64,000 bases of DNA from a virus, in the IMG/VR virus record IMGVR_UViG_3300008262_006988; one strand, written 5' to 3'. Below are positions 1-10,947 of the stretch, in pieces (within the stretch, counting starts at the first letter, position 1; the number at the start of each line of letters is the position of its first letter). The position numbers were made by a program, and so were the translations under genes. The notes below the pieces were generated by a model. That model was not told the origin of the DNA. It searched no databases and worked only from the letters and a program-made list of their open reading frames with translations.

Positions 1-1800
1 AAGTATGCCCCCTGCAAGAGGTAGATAGTTAACCTGATTTGTATATGCCAATTGCCAATTTGCAGAATTTGTCGCAACAGTGCTGTATGTTGATTCCCAG
101 CGCGGTGATGCATTAACTGCACCCTGCCACCCTGCGCTTAAATTATAAACACTTGAATATGTACTGTCATATCTAGTAACGTCAATAGGGGTACTCCATA
201 CAGCACTATATGTCCAGACAGTTGTATTTGTATCATTCCAAGCTGCACTACCTGCTGTTACCGCGCTCTGTACCTGTAAGTTTACAGCACTTTGTTGGCT
301 AAAGAGGGTTGCTGTGGTATTCCATTTTGCGGAATTGCTATTAACGTTAGTATATGTATTTTCCCAATTACTAGTTAATGCTTTAAGATCTGTACCATTA
401 TAATCCCATGAAGCAGAGTTATTTCTTACAAAAGTTGATGTATAATCCCAGGTTCCTGAAAGTAAGTTTACTGTATTATGTGCAGCATTCCAATTAAGAT
501 AATTGTTATTGACAGTATTATAGGTATTTTGCCAGTTTCCTGTTAGAGCTCTTACACCGTAATCAGCATTCCATGTTGCACTATTCGCTAATACCGTATT
601 ATATGTGTTTTCCCAATTGCTTGTTAATACTTTAACATCAGTGCCCGTATATCCCCAGCTGCTGGAATTAGTGCGCACCGCGCTGTAAACACTGCTCCAA
701 TTAGCGCTGGTGCTATTAACAGTTGTATATGTACTTTCCCACCTACCCGTAAGCACTTTAATATCGGTTCCATTATATGACCAAAATGCTGAGTTTGTTT
801 GTACAGTACTATATGTATCCTCCCAGTTGCCTGTAAGTGATATAAGAGCTGTATCGTTGGATGCCCATTGAGCAGAGTTGTTTTGTACAGTAGTCGATAT
901 ATCAATCCATGTACTACTGTTGGTTCTTACATTAGTGTATGTATTCTGCCAGTTTCCTGTAAGCGCTCTTACCCCAAAATCTGTAGAATTATCAATAGCC
1001 CACTGTGCCGAGTTAGCATTTACAACAGTAAAGGTATTATTCCATGTTCCACTGTTATTATTAACGTTGGTATATGTATTTTCCCAGTTACCAGTAAGTG
1101 ATATAAGAGCTGTATCGTTGGATGCCCATTGAGCTGAATTAGCATTTACAATGGAAGAAGTATCGGACCATGTTCCGCTGTTACTAATGACGTTGGTATA
1201 TGTGTTCTCCCAGTTGCCTGTAAGTGATATAAGAGCTGTATCGTTGGATGCCCACTGTGCCGAGTTAGCATTTACAATAGATGAAGTATCGGACCATGCT
1301 CCGGAATTGGCATTTAATATAGCGGTACTATCATTCCATATATTATAATTGCTATTAAAAAGAAAAGAGGTATTATCCCATGTAGCAGATTCACTGCGCA
1401 TTGTAGTCTCAGTGTCTGCCCATCCGCCGCTATTTAATGCAAAGAGACTCTCCACATCATTCCAACCCGCACTATTAGCGCGCATGATATTGTATGTGTT
1501 ATCCCAATCTATAGTATTGAGGCCACCCCAGCCGGCACTAAGAGTTCTTACAGTCTGGTAAGTAGACTGAAAATTACCGCTGTTCGTGACGTACGATGTG
1601 GAGGCAGTGTTCCAGAGCCCGCTTGATCCATATATGAGCGTCTGTGTCGTATTGTATACGTTATTAAGTAGGTCTAATACAGGTATTCTTAATTCAGATT
1701 TTACACCGGTATCTTCATAGCCGACGAAATAGCTAGAAAGAATTAAATTATTCTTGTTTTTAAGCGTGAAATCTGAAAATTTCTTTGTACTAAAAGCCAT
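1..1800 (-). CDS. Trp-repeat (14-aa period) tail-fibre-like protein, 3' end runs off the window
   Basis: Absent from the ORF track because it has no stop in the window. ATG at 1800 lies 5 nt after TATAAATA. Reads MAFSTKKFSDFTLKNKNN..., then dozens of W-x-x-T-Y-x-x-V-x-x-N-S-A-x units, and reaches YLPLAGG, a motif common in phage fibres. Follows the baseplate genes. Confidence 0.75.
   Translation of the reverse strand, partial: MAFSTKKFSDFTLKNKNNLILSSYFVGYEDTGVKSELRIPVLDLLNNVYNTTQTLIYGSSGLWNTASTSYVTNSGNFQSTYQTVRTLSAGWGGLNTIDWDNTYNIMRANSAGWNDVESLFALNSGGWADTETTMRSESATWDNTSFLFNSNYNIWNDSTAILNANSGAWSDTSSIVNANSAQWASNDTALISLTGNWENTYTNVISNSGTWSDTSSIVNANSAQWASNDTALISLTGNWENTYTNVNNNSGTWNNTFTVVNANSAQWAIDNSTDFGVRALTGNWQNTYTNVRTNSSTWIDISTTVQNNSAQWASNDTALISLTGNWEDTYSTVQTNSAFWSYNGTDIKVLTGRWESTYTTVNSTSANWSSVYSAVRTNSSSWGYTGTDVKVLTSNWENTYNTVLANSATWNADYGVRALTGNWQNTYNTVNNNYLNWNAAHNTVNLLSGTWDYTSTFVRNNSASWDYNGTDLKALTSNWENTYTNVNSNSAKWNTTATLFSQQSAVNLQVQSAVTAGSAAWNDTNTTVWTYSAVWSTPIDVTRYDSTYSSVYNLSAGWQGAVNASPRWESTYSTVATNSANWQLAYTNQVNYLPLAGGIL
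821..1254. repeat. Three near-identical ~47-bp intragenic repeats (821, 1082, 1208)
   Basis: tcccagtt(g/a)cc(t/a)gtaagtgatataagagctgtatcgttggatgccca occurs three times, 261 and 126 bp apart (both in frame), encoding WASNDTALISLTGNWE. Confidence 0.9.
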
Positions 1801-1805
1801 ACTAT

Positions 1806-1813
1806 TATTTATA
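1806..1813 (-). promoter_or_regulatory. T4-type late promoter TATAAATA
   Basis: Exact TATAAATA, 5 nt before ATG 1800. It contains the TAA stop of the upstream gene. Confidence 0.8.
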
Positions 1814-4800
1814 GGGTGTACATTATATTTAAACCGTCCTCTGTTACTATATATTCACCTTCAAAAGTAATGTAAGGTACCGGCGGGTCAATGTGTCCCC
1901 AAACAAATGCGTTATCAGATTCGTCTATGCTTCCTGTTCTTGTACCAAGAGTAGCGTAATTGTCAAATTCTGTTAAAAATACAGGGTTCGCAAAATTTAA
2001 ATTCAGCACATCCATTGTTGGCATGTACATTGTCTGTGTTTTTATGGCTACAGCGCCGTTTATATATGCAAATTCTATAACAAAAATATAAAACATACAC
2101 GACACATCACGTCCGACGTATGTTAATTTGTATATATCAGTATCGCTATTATAAGTTAATACAGGTTTATCAATCTCAACAATATTAAGCTCAATACTCT
2201 TGTCAATTAATGAGAATCCGCGCAACATTTCAAAGGTAAGAGTCTCATCGCGTTCTTGCGGATATACCTGTGAAAATTCTTTAGTACCTATGTCGTGTAT
2301 AAAGATTTTTGGGTAAATTATTTTGTAGTTTGATGCACTTAGTTCTGGTAAGATGCACATCTTACAGACTAAAAGATTATTATTAATCTCATCAAACCAT
2401 ACTGTTGATAATTTTTCAAAATTAATATTAACACCTTTTGAAATGGCGTTCATGGTGCCGGTGTTACTGTATATCGTGTTACCGTCCGGTGATGGTACAA
2501 CTGCATCAAAGACAGCATAATTTTCTGTCTCAATTAATATAGTATCATAGTAAATGTCGAAGTTAATTACTTTACTATATATTTCTTGCTGTATATCGTA
2601 GTTATACTTTACAAAAATCGCACTAAGAGCTGATGAAAGAGGTATTACTTCAGAGTCTGATGCACGTCTAAAATACATATCACCGTATGCTTTAAACTCT
2701 GCGTCATATATAGTTTTATTTTCTGTTACATAAGAGGATGTAGTATCGACAACAGTTTCACGTAACGGAATATGGTAGTCGAGGAAGAAGGATGTCTCTG
2801 TGTAAAGCGTTGGTGCACTTTCCGCACCACAAGGTGCACCACTATTTGCAACAAAATAAAAACTACCATCATAATCACCAATAGATGTAAAGGGTGGTGT
2901 GTATGTGAATTCACCTGGGTAAGCGAATGTAGCGCGGTATGTTGGTAAGTTTAAGTGATTGACACCACCATCAACAAGTTCTTGATAATAAAGACCAGCA
3001 TCGTTAGGATCATAGGAAGGACTGTCTGATGGTACATCAGGTAACTGTGCATCATTTGATAGAGTAAACGTCTGACCATCTTTTACATTACAATCGTATT
3101 TTACGTCAATATAATCACTGCAAAAGCTCTCTGGTTGAAAGTCATACGAGGCTATTACGTAATCTACACCGGATAACGGAAACATACCGTTTCCTGAAGG
3201 TGTGTTATTGAGTGTTGATGTTGAGGTCTTAAGAATAACACCTGAATAACCTTTTTCTTCATCTACAACATTATAATTAAAGTTGTACCCCGATAAGGAA
3301 TCATAGAAAAGATGACCATCGAGAACCAAGCATTGAAAGGGTAATGTTGATGTTTTGTTTAATTCTTGAGTTACTTTGTACGGCTCAACATCTTTGTATA
3401 GACCGTAATCGTTACCGTAAATATCACTCTTATATTGTATTAAGGTCTTGTTAATGGGTAGCTGTTTCTGTATACGCTCATCGATCGGAAACTGGTTAGC
3501 AGGTATTAGTGGGTAAACATCACCATTTGCCCATATATTCTTCTTATCACCTTTAAAAAATTCTTGTGGGTCAGAATAACGTACAACACCAAAGTTTGAA
3601 ATGTTTAGGCTCTGCTCACGTGATTGATATGCTCTAAATGTATGAAGTTGAGAATCTGACTGCACATCACCAAAAGCGTATTGATTTGAAAAGTCAATTT
3701 TATTAAAATGATTTTCTTCACGAAATACAAACGGTGTCTTAAAATCTTGTTGTGTATTGCTCGTTATGTTACCGTATTTTGAAGGATCTGGAAAATAGTA
3801 AACAGTATTAGGTTCTAAACCATCTTTAAGTACAGGTGTAAACTTAAAGTTTGTAAAATGCAAAAGCCCTTGTTTGTCAGGTTTAAAGAATAACCCTATT
3901 TCTTTACCTGTCTTTAAAAATTCTTCACTAGGAATTGCTGCAATACTTGGATAGCGTTTGTTAAGAACGTTAGCAAATTCACTTTCTGCCTCAAAAAGAA
4001 TACCTGAAACACCTACACTGCCTGATGAATTGGTTTGTATATAATAAAAGTCGGTACCAATAAACTTTGTTATAAATTCTTTTTGATCGGTTAAGTTTAA
4101 TTCTTGACGCTGCTCAATATTAATGAGCTTTGTATAGTCATTATCTTTTAAAAAACCTAATTGATTAGAATTTACAGCAGGGTCAATTGTTAAATTTTCA
4201 CCGAGTTCTATAAGATAAAAAGGATATTGAAAGATAGCTCTAAGGATACTTTCATCGATATTTAAAAATAAATATGGATCAACATTATATTGATTGAGAT
4301 TAAAATATTTTGATCTAATGTCATTATTAGCGCTGTATGCAGAGCTAGGTAATGTCGGTGTTATGTCGTAGTAGTTTGAATACGTGTCATATATATCCTC
4401 CACTTCTATTACCGTATCATTTTTTATGGTAGAGATCGGTGTATAGAGTGACGATATATCTTTAACATAATCATCAGTTGTTACTGTCTCTATTATAGCA
4501 TTATAAATTAATTTTTGAATACCGTAATTTGAACCATTGAGGTTGTTAGCAATTGCAGTATATTGGACTTTATCGCGTAGAGTAGAGTAATATAGACAGA
4601 TGTCTTTTAATTTCTTAGCAAAAAACGGAACTGCAGCTGCTAAATCGCGTTGATTTGTAGGATCAATGTTTTTAAGAAATCGCTGCTCATCAACAGTCGA
4701 ATAGTTAATAACTATGTCGTTTATTAGGCTTATATACAGTTTTTGTATTGTCGCTTGACTATCAATTTTTGATACTTTTTTCTGTATGAACCAGTTGTTT

Positions 4801-4979
4801 AAATAAGAGCTGTATCTCGCAAGATATTCTTCTGTACCTGCAGATATTACTTCACCACCAAATTTCGCCCAATCAATAAAAGAAAGCGGCTCATCACTAT
4901 CTACGGGTGCTTGTGATGGGGTCAACGATGTTATTGAATTAGGTATTCTATCATCTATGAACCTTGTAATATCTGACAT
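1809..4979 (-). CDS. Large virion structural protein, probably baseplate-associated
   Basis: 1056 aa, downstream of the gp25-gp6 block, preceded by TAAATA-N5-ATG. No diagnostic motif recognised. Confidence 0.5.
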   Translation of the reverse strand: MSDITRFIDDRIPNSITSLTPSQAPVDSDEPLSFIDWAKFGGEVISAGTEEYLARYSSYLNNWFIQKKVSKIDSQATIQKLYISLINDIVINYSTVDEQRFLKNIDPTNQRDLAAAVPFFAKKLKDICLYYSTLRDKVQYTAIANNLNGSNYGIQKLIYNAIIETVTTDDYVKDISSLYTPISTIKNDTVIEVEDIYDTYSNYYDITPTLPSSAYSANNDIRSKYFNLNQYNVDPYLFLNIDESILRAIFQYPFYLIELGENLTIDPAVNSNQLGFLKDNDYTKLINIEQRQELNLTDQKEFITKFIGTDFYYIQTNSSGSVGVSGILFEAESEFANVLNKRYPSIAAIPSEEFLKTGKEIGLFFKPDKQGLLHFTNFKFTPVLKDGLEPNTVYYFPDPSKYGNITSNTQQDFKTPFVFREENHFNKIDFSNQYAFGDVQSDSQLHTFRAYQSREQSLNISNFGVVRYSDPQEFFKGDKKNIWANGDVYPLIPANQFPIDERIQKQLPINKTLIQYKSDIYGNDYGLYKDVEPYKVTQELNKTSTLPFQCLVLDGHLFYDSLSGYNFNYNVVDEEKGYSGVILKTSTSTLNNTPSGNGMFPLSGVDYVIASYDFQPESFCSDYIDVKYDCNVKDGQTFTLSNDAQLPDVPSDSPSYDPNDAGLYYQELVDGGVNHLNLPTYRATFAYPGEFTYTPPFTSIGDYDGSFYFVANSGAPCGAESAPTLYTETSFFLDYHIPLRETVVDTTSSYVTENKTIYDAEFKAYGDMYFRRASDSEVIPLSSALSAIFVKYNYDIQQEIYSKVINFDIYYDTILIETENYAVFDAVVPSPDGNTIYSNTGTMNAISKGVNINFEKLSTVWFDEINNNLLVCKMCILPELSASNYKIIYPKIFIHDIGTKEFSQVYPQERDETLTFEMLRGFSLIDKSIELNIVEIDKPVLTYNSDTDIYKLTYVGRDVSCMFYIFVIEFAYINGAVAIKTQTMYMPTMDVLNLNFANPVFLTEFDNYATLGTRTGSIDESDNAFVWGHIDPPVPYITFEGEYIVTEDGLNIMYTL

Positions 4980-4987
4980 ATATGTAT

Positions 4988-7900
4988 TTAATTATTATAC
5001 GTAATATTAGCGGCAGAAGTAAATAATAGCAGACCTTTTGTTAGCTCGTAACTTAAAAGTGTTTGCGCGATACCGTTATCTTTACTCCACGATTCAAATG
5101 TACTTTGATTGTAGGTTAGAGTTGTCAGCGGATCCTTCCAATTTATTACATTATTATACACTGTACCTTCATAGGTTGGTTTAAATTCGTAAAATTTATA
5201 ATATGTGCTTATATCCGTACCAGAAACTGCAGGTGGTGCCACCAAATTCCATCCCCAGAAATATGAAAATGTAGACAGCGGTAAAATACTCGAAAGAGCA
5301 TAGTTGTTTATACATTTATCATTAACTGTAGTATATTTTTCAGAAAATTTCTCGTATGCAACAATTGTTTTACCAGATGTAATAACACCGGATATTGGTG
5401 ATATTTCATTTCCGAGATTTACACCATATTTTGTATTTGAAGGTATTGTAAATTTATAATCGAAATTTTCGTTGTAAGCATTAATATCACCGTAAAGATG
5501 TTTATGTTTTATAGAGAGTATATCGATTACACGTCGTATTTGTGGTGGATAGGAGTAATTGTGTTTTTCAAAAGCTACAATAAATTCGGTGCAAAATGAC
5601 AGAAGCGTCTCAAGAGTGCAAGTTGTAATATCTGCTTTATTAGCGACGAAATTTGCTATTTTTTCATATATTGTTTTTCCGAGCTCGTAAGGCATTGAAT
5701 CAATATCGCCGACAATTGTCCCAAGAAAATCATTAAAAAATACATCTTTGTCTAATAGCATTTCTTGATGTCTTAATGACTTGTAATACTCAGCTAAGTC
5801 GTAGTTTTCGTTAATTTTTGTAATATTGTACATTCCTTTTGAGGGGAATACGTTAAAGATATTAGATTGACCGGTGAGGTACTTAACGGTTGTTGAAGGT
5901 ACCATGTATTTGTTAATCCATCTTTGACCAAACCAGTCACCGTACGCTTGAAACTGCTCTGTCTCAAACGCCGATAATGGATATGAGGAGAGCAAAGGTG
6001 GGTATTTTAAATCTAAATATGTCTCAACTTCAAACGCGGTTGTCGGTGGCTTAGTACTGTCAAGAACGTAAGCCTTGCGATCCATATTATTAATAACCCA
6101 TATATAATCACCGGTATCACAAGCTATGCCTACTATACTGCCTATGTAGGATGTTTCGTTTCCTGCAGATCCTGCAATATAGTTGGTGGTATTGCGTGTT
6201 ATGCCATCAATTTTTGTTACTGTATGTTTATTGTGTGCTACCCATGCGTTTTGACTACCGTCAACTGCTATGTTGCCGATCATTCTAAACCCTGAAAGAG
6301 GGTAACCTGAAACAAGACTACCGTCTTGATTGAATTTATATACAAGGTCATTGTGTGCAGTGAGCGTGCTGCCTGTAGTGTTATTTATTGCAGTAACCCA
6401 AATATAAAAATTTCTATCAGCACATATCTCTACAGGCTGTATTCTGTTCGGGAACGGTATGGTAGTTAATAGTGTCCCGTAAGTATTATACTTACACAAG
6501 TAATTTGATAGTGGGTGGGTGTATGCAACCCATATATTGTCTAATCTATCCGTCTCTACACTTGCTGGTAACAACGTTGATTCGCCAGTATAACCACTCA
6601 GTGCACGTATATTATATGAACTACCTTCATAATAAAAGGTATTATTAAACGGAGGTAGTGCAACGTTTGTTACATATTGTTTTATATTATCTATTTTTAT
6701 TACTATACCTGTCTCATATAAAGCACACCATACATTCTGCTTACTATCAAGCGCTATACTACTCGGTGCTGCTGCTACCGGTGAGAGAGGTGCTGCGCTT
6801 AGCGGAGCATGTAGTCTGTAGTCACGTTGATATATGAGATTGTTAACTAGCGTAGGGCATGCTGATAATCTAAATTGCTTTAACAGTGTACCATCAGCTC
6901 TATAATTAAGAATAGTGTCGTTTGTTGAATCTGCAACCCATGCTTGATAATCGTTATTCTTACCGGCGCCGGATGGTGCAAGTGAGATAGCTAATATGTT
7001 TCGATGCTCTGTAGTTTTTAAAAATATTTGAGCAGCAGTAAGAGTCATTGATACAAAGCCAGAACAACTGTCATAAACTTGCTGTTTAAGTATTTGCATC
7101 AAATAGCTGTATTGCGGTACAGCAACATAGCCTAATAATGCATCTTTTGGGTAGTTAATTGGTTCGATAAGCGTAATTGCAGCTGTTAGAGCGCAGTTTA
7201 TTGCTGTATCTGATGATACGAAGTAACCTTTGTAAAAACCGCCTACTGATTGTGGTATTTGATCATCAAAATCGTCATAAAATTTTACGTTAGTAATAGG
7301 CCTTAATCCGTTTTGTGTTACTTCTACTAACCCGGTACTAAAAGAATTGACGATAGCTGTTGATAGTTCAGGATGTACTGTCATTGACGACAGTGGTGGA
7401 TAGGTTTTTGTAGTGAAATTTTCAGTATCCTTTAATTTTATCACAAATGGCACTGGTGTGTGCTGCCAGCTTATCTCTGGCATTTCGAATTTTGTTGTGG
7501 ATAATGTACCCTCGCCGTCAATACCTGTCGTAGTTATTGATAATTTGTCTGCAGGGTTATGTCTGACTTTTACAACCGGCTGTGATAGTGATTTTATTGT
7601 TTGAAAATGAGCAGGCTGCAGCCTGATAGTGTCATAGACGTTGTTATACTGTGTAAACCTGTCGTTAAGTTGGACGTTGTTTGGTGTTGCAAAAACAAAG
7701 ATAGGGTTTTCGCGGGATGTATAGTTTTTTGCTCTTTCATCTACATAATAAAATTCTGCAGACCCTGTTACACCGGCAAATACACTGTCTTCATCGTTTT
7801 TTGAACATATTTCAAATCGATTTTGAGACTTGTTGTATCTTGTATAAATTTCAGTAAGATCAGCTGTTAAAGTATCCGTATCAGTATAAAACTCTCTACT

Positions 7901-8479
7901 ACCAATTTTTTGTTTAATTTTAAACCGACTTAAAAGACGTAGGTGCGACCATTTGTCATTAAAAAAATTATCGATATTTTGATAATCTCCAGATGAACCA
8001 GAAGCGTAAAGATAAAAAGTGTGGCCGGTAGCGCTTACTGCATGATAGTTTTGCCAGCTATCACGTATAATTATTTTGAGAGGGTCACCTATCTTGCTTG
8101 CGGGAACATCATACACCAATTTACCTATATCATCAAAAATATAATCAAACGGTATAAAGTCATATATGTTTACTGTGGGTGAATATATACTCTCGTATGC
8201 TTCACCGTTAACATCAAGTATGGTGAGATTGACTTTATATTCACCAGGCCATTGATATACATGACTCGCTGTTAAATCAGTTGAATAGGTACCATCACCG
8301 AAATCCCATCTTACAACTTTATTTGATACACTTAACGCTCCTGACAAGAGATCTGATGTCGATAAATCAGGTTTAAAAATTAGCGGCGTATTTTCAAGGG
8401 TATATGATGACAGCGAATTTTTACCGGTGTGGTCATTTATATAGAAATAAAGATACGAACGTTTAAAATCAGTATTCAT
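4988..8479 (-). CDS. Baseplate protein with N-terminal PKD domain and central beta-propeller (gp7-position wedge candidate)
   Basis: PKD motif VRWDFGDGTYST...HVYQWPGEYKVNLTI. NHL/Vgb-like blades (SIALDSKQNVW, VETDRLDNIWV, IAVDGSQNAWV, IACDTGDYIWV). Coupled directly behind gp6. Confidence 0.6.
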   Translation of the reverse strand: MNTDFKRSYLYFYINDHTGKNSLSSYTLENTPLIFKPDLSTSDLLSGALSVSNKVVRWDFGDGTYSTDLTASHVYQWPGEYKVNLTILDVNGEAYESIYSPTVNIYDFIPFDYIFDDIGKLVYDVPASKIGDPLKIIIRDSWQNYHAVSATGHTFYLYASGSSGDYQNIDNFFNDKWSHLRLLSRFKIKQKIGSREFYTDTDTLTADLTEIYTRYNKSQNRFEICSKNDEDSVFAGVTGSAEFYYVDERAKNYTSRENPIFVFATPNNVQLNDRFTQYNNVYDTIRLQPAHFQTIKSLSQPVVKVRHNPADKLSITTTGIDGEGTLSTTKFEMPEISWQHTPVPFVIKLKDTENFTTKTYPPLSSMTVHPELSTAIVNSFSTGLVEVTQNGLRPITNVKFYDDFDDQIPQSVGGFYKGYFVSSDTAINCALTAAITLIEPINYPKDALLGYVAVPQYSYLMQILKQQVYDSCSGFVSMTLTAAQIFLKTTEHRNILAISLAPSGAGKNNDYQAWVADSTNDTILNYRADGTLLKQFRLSACPTLVNNLIYQRDYRLHAPLSAAPLSPVAAAPSSIALDSKQNVWCALYETGIVIKIDNIKQYVTNVALPPFNNTFYYEGSSYNIRALSGYTGESTLLPASVETDRLDNIWVAYTHPLSNYLCKYNTYGTLLTTIPFPNRIQPVEICADRNFYIWVTAINNTTGSTLTAHNDLVYKFNQDGSLVSGYPLSGFRMIGNIAVDGSQNAWVAHNKHTVTKIDGITRNTTNYIAGSAGNETSYIGSIVGIACDTGDYIWVINNMDRKAYVLDSTKPPTTAFEVETYLDLKYPPLLSSYPLSAFETEQFQAYGDWFGQRWINKYMVPSTTVKYLTGQSNIFNVFPSKGMYNITKINENYDLAEYYKSLRHQEMLLDKDVFFNDFLGTIVGDIDSMPYELGKTIYEKIANFVANKADITTCTLETLLSFCTEFIVAFEKHNYSYPPQIRRVIDILSIKHKHLYGDINAYNENFDYKFTIPSNTKYGVNLGNEISPISGVITSGKTIVAYEKFSEKYTTVNDKCINNYALSSILPLSTFSYFWGWNLVAPPAVSGTDISTYYKFYEFKPTYEGTVYNNVINWKDPLTTLTYNQSTFESWSKDNGIAQTLLSYELTKGLLLFTSAANITYNN

Positions 8480-10335
8480 TAATATTCTTGATTAACGAGT
8501 TGAATCGAAGGCGATACTACAGATATTTTATTAATAAATTCTGTAACATTATTTAAATAAGGATATTTAAAATATGGCAGCTGCAAATCTTGTGCAGTAA
8601 TAGTTATATCGTTATAAGGGTAAACGGGGTTATACAATAAAAGACTGACACCGGGAGTTGAATATACTATGTTGTCAATTGTTGTAGCTGTATTTACACC
8701 TATTACACCTTCGATAGATAATATCTCGTTTGTAATATCTGTAAGAGATATATATAATCCAAGGTTATCACGTGTTGTTGAAAAATAGTTAGCAAATACC
8801 TTATATACAAGCTCTTGTACTGCTTCTGAACTACGAGATGAAGACGGGTTACGTAGAACTTCAAGCACTGTAATATCACTTGTCTCGGGTGTTGGTGTTA
8901 CACCGGCAACCCGTACACCGATATCAACAGCAGTATAAACTGGGTCATTTATTATTATCTCTGATGTTGTAAGTTTAATTTGCTGTAAATCATTTAATAA
9001 TATTTGTTTTTGAGCGCTATTTAAATAATTGTTTCTTGTTGCGATGGAATTTATTTTTTCAAGTTTAGGTACTGAGTATATATAAACATTGTTCGAGTTA
9101 CTTGCATCAGCAAATTTAACTTGACTATACAAAACTCTCGATTCGAGATTAGGTTTTGTAACACCGAGATCAAAATAATATTTTAAGTGTCCGGAAATAT
9201 ATGCCCAATTATTAACAGCTTTTGTTGACGCTATAATATTACCATAATTTTTTGAAATGTAGTTTTCAAAATCAGACGATGTAATTAATCGATACTGTGA
9301 TTTAAAAGTATTAGTAGCGTTGGTTTTAATACTACTCGCTGTCTCGATATCTACAAATCGCGTTGTGGGATCAGTATTAGTGAATAATAAACTCGCTACC
9401 TGACTAGTAGTTATTAGGGAAAGATTGGGTGGTGTGGTATCTGTTTGTATACTGCTAAATCTTGCGGTATTATATAAAAATAATCTGTTACCATTGATAG
9501 TATTAGGACCCGACTCACCTTGTGCACCATCAGATTGTAGATAATAAATAGCAACTTCATCATTTGGGCTTAATTGCTTACCAGTAATATTGTTACCGAA
9601 TTTTATTTCATACCTCAAATTTTCATTGAGTCTTATTTCATAAGTTTTTGCATTTGCTCTCTCAAGGAAAAGTGACTGTGTTGCTTTCCATTTTTCCCAT
9701 TTAGGATTTGCAAGTGTATTGTCTTTTACATAGACATCGATATTAAAGTGATCTATATACGGAGCACTCCCGTCAATACCAACTATAGTCGGTGTTACGA
9801 CTTCGTATGGTTCTCCAGTTGCATAATATGTAGGGTATTCACGATAAAGGCCTTGATATAAAAGATTCTCTTCTTGAAACTTTGTAAGTTCTTCTAAACT
9901 GTCTGTTGCTTTTGTAAATGTTATATCTTTATTAAAAGAAAATGAAAGCCCATTAATAGTGAAATATGCATACCTTGGTATTGTGTATGTACCAGCGGGA
10001 AGCGCTGTTGTACCTGACGCTTTAAAAGGTAATATAGCGGTCTGGTAACCTATAGGTGCATAGTTTAATATTTTAACTATTCTGTTTATATTTTCATATA
10101 AATCTGCTGTTGAGAAAGTACTTTCCGCACCTGTTCTGTTAAGATAAAAAAGCAATACATGGTACGCATAACCGATAATATCAATTACTGATGATAAATT
10201 ACTACCTTCAAAATTTTGATCTGTAAAGATCTTATTCGTACTGAGACGCTTGATAATTAAGCTTTTTAAGCTTAGCGCATCAAATGCTGCATACCCGTCT
10301 AGCGGTAGAGTAAATTCTGCAAAGTTGTTGTTCAT
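8479..10335 (-). CDS. gp6: Baseplate wedge subunit gp6
   Basis: FDALSLKSLI..FEGSNLSSVIDIIGY, YEIKFGNNITGKQL and RLITSSDFE motifs; adjacent to gp25. Confidence 0.9.
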   Translation of the reverse strand: MNNNFAEFTLPLDGYAAFDALSLKSLIIKRLSTNKIFTDQNFEGSNLSSVIDIIGYAYHVLLFYLNRTGAESTFSTADLYENINRIVKILNYAPIGYQTAILPFKASGTTALPAGTYTIPRYAYFTINGLSFSFNKDITFTKATDSLEELTKFQEENLLYQGLYREYPTYYATGEPYEVVTPTIVGIDGSAPYIDHFNIDVYVKDNTLANPKWEKWKATQSLFLERANAKTYEIRLNENLRYEIKFGNNITGKQLSPNDEVAIYYLQSDGAQGESGPNTINGNRLFLYNTARFSSIQTDTTPPNLSLITTSQVASLLFTNTDPTTRFVDIETASSIKTNATNTFKSQYRLITSSDFENYISKNYGNIIASTKAVNNWAYISGHLKYYFDLGVTKPNLESRVLYSQVKFADASNSNNVYIYSVPKLEKINSIATRNNYLNSAQKQILLNDLQQIKLTTSEIIINDPVYTAVDIGVRVAGVTPTPETSDITVLEVLRNPSSSRSSEAVQELVYKVFANYFSTTRDNLGLYISLTDITNEILSIEGVIGVNTATTIDNIVYSTPGVSLLLYNPVYPYNDITITAQDLQLPYFKYPYLNNVTEFINKISVVSPSIQLVNQEY

Positions 10336-10336
10336 A

Positions 10337-10879
10337 TTATGTATTAAAGAAGAAACCGGAATTATTTAATGTACCGACGAGTGTAAAGCTATTCTGAGAT
10401 ATGGTGGGTATATTTATAATAAGTGTAATTTGATATTGATTAGAATCTGCATCTGCGGGTATAAACCTAACGTCGATTGGAGATGTAGGGTCTTTTGCAC
10501 GTCCTTTTGCAGTAACTGCAACAACTTGTACCTTTTTAACCTCGACTCGCGGTTCAAACGTTGTTATACCTTCATATATAGCTTGACCTATAAGTTCTGC
10601 AGTGTCTTTAGAGCATGGTTCAAATATGTATTGTATTAAATTAATGCCAAAGAAAGGGTTAAGCAATTTTTGACCTGGTACTGTTGTAAAGAGGTTAAAC
10701 AGTGAATTTTTTATAGCACCGTAATCATAACTCAGCGTTAAATCTTTAACTTCAGATTGTTTTAATAACTCGTTGTTTTTCGTATAATTCATCTTAAGAT
10801 CAAGATAAAGATCACTATACGTAAATGTAGATATAGGTTTTTTGGGTTGCTGTATAGAGTTGAGCTTAATACTCGCCAT
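10337..10879 (-). CDS. gp25: Baseplate wedge subunit gp25
   Basis: YSDLYLDL..AIKNSLFNLFTTVPGQKLLNPFFG..IFEP..ITTFEPRV, the GPW/gp25 pattern. Confidence 0.9.
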   Translation of the reverse strand: MASIKLNSIQQPKKPISTFTYSDLYLDLKMNYTKNNELLKQSEVKDLTLSYDYGAIKNSLFNLFTTVPGQKLLNPFFGINLIQYIFEPCSKDTAELIGQAIYEGITTFEPRVEVKKVQVVAVTAKGRAKDPTSPIDVRFIPADADSNQYQITLIINIPTISQNSFTLVGTLNNSGFFFNT

Positions 10880-10884
10880 ATAAA

Positions 10885-10941
10885 TATTTATGACGTTTTT
10901 TATTTTTAAAAAATGTTTCTCCTATACCTAAATAATAAATA
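10885..10941. promoter_or_regulatory. Divergent pair of late promoters
   Basis: TAAATA at 10885-10890 (-), 5 nt before ATG 10879; TAAATA at 10936-10941 (+), 6 nt before ATG 10948. Confidence 0.7.
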
Positions 10942-10947
10942 ATTATA

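Noticed and set aside
821-1254. Repeats as a possible CRISPR array or DGR template/variable pair
   Set aside because: Spacing is 126 and 261 bp and in frame, the intervening sequences are themselves related coding repeats, and no cas or reverse transcriptase gene is present.
624-1561. Short ORF-track calls at 624-1561
   Set aside because: They are shadows of the long minus-strand fibre ORF (1-1800) and its repeats.
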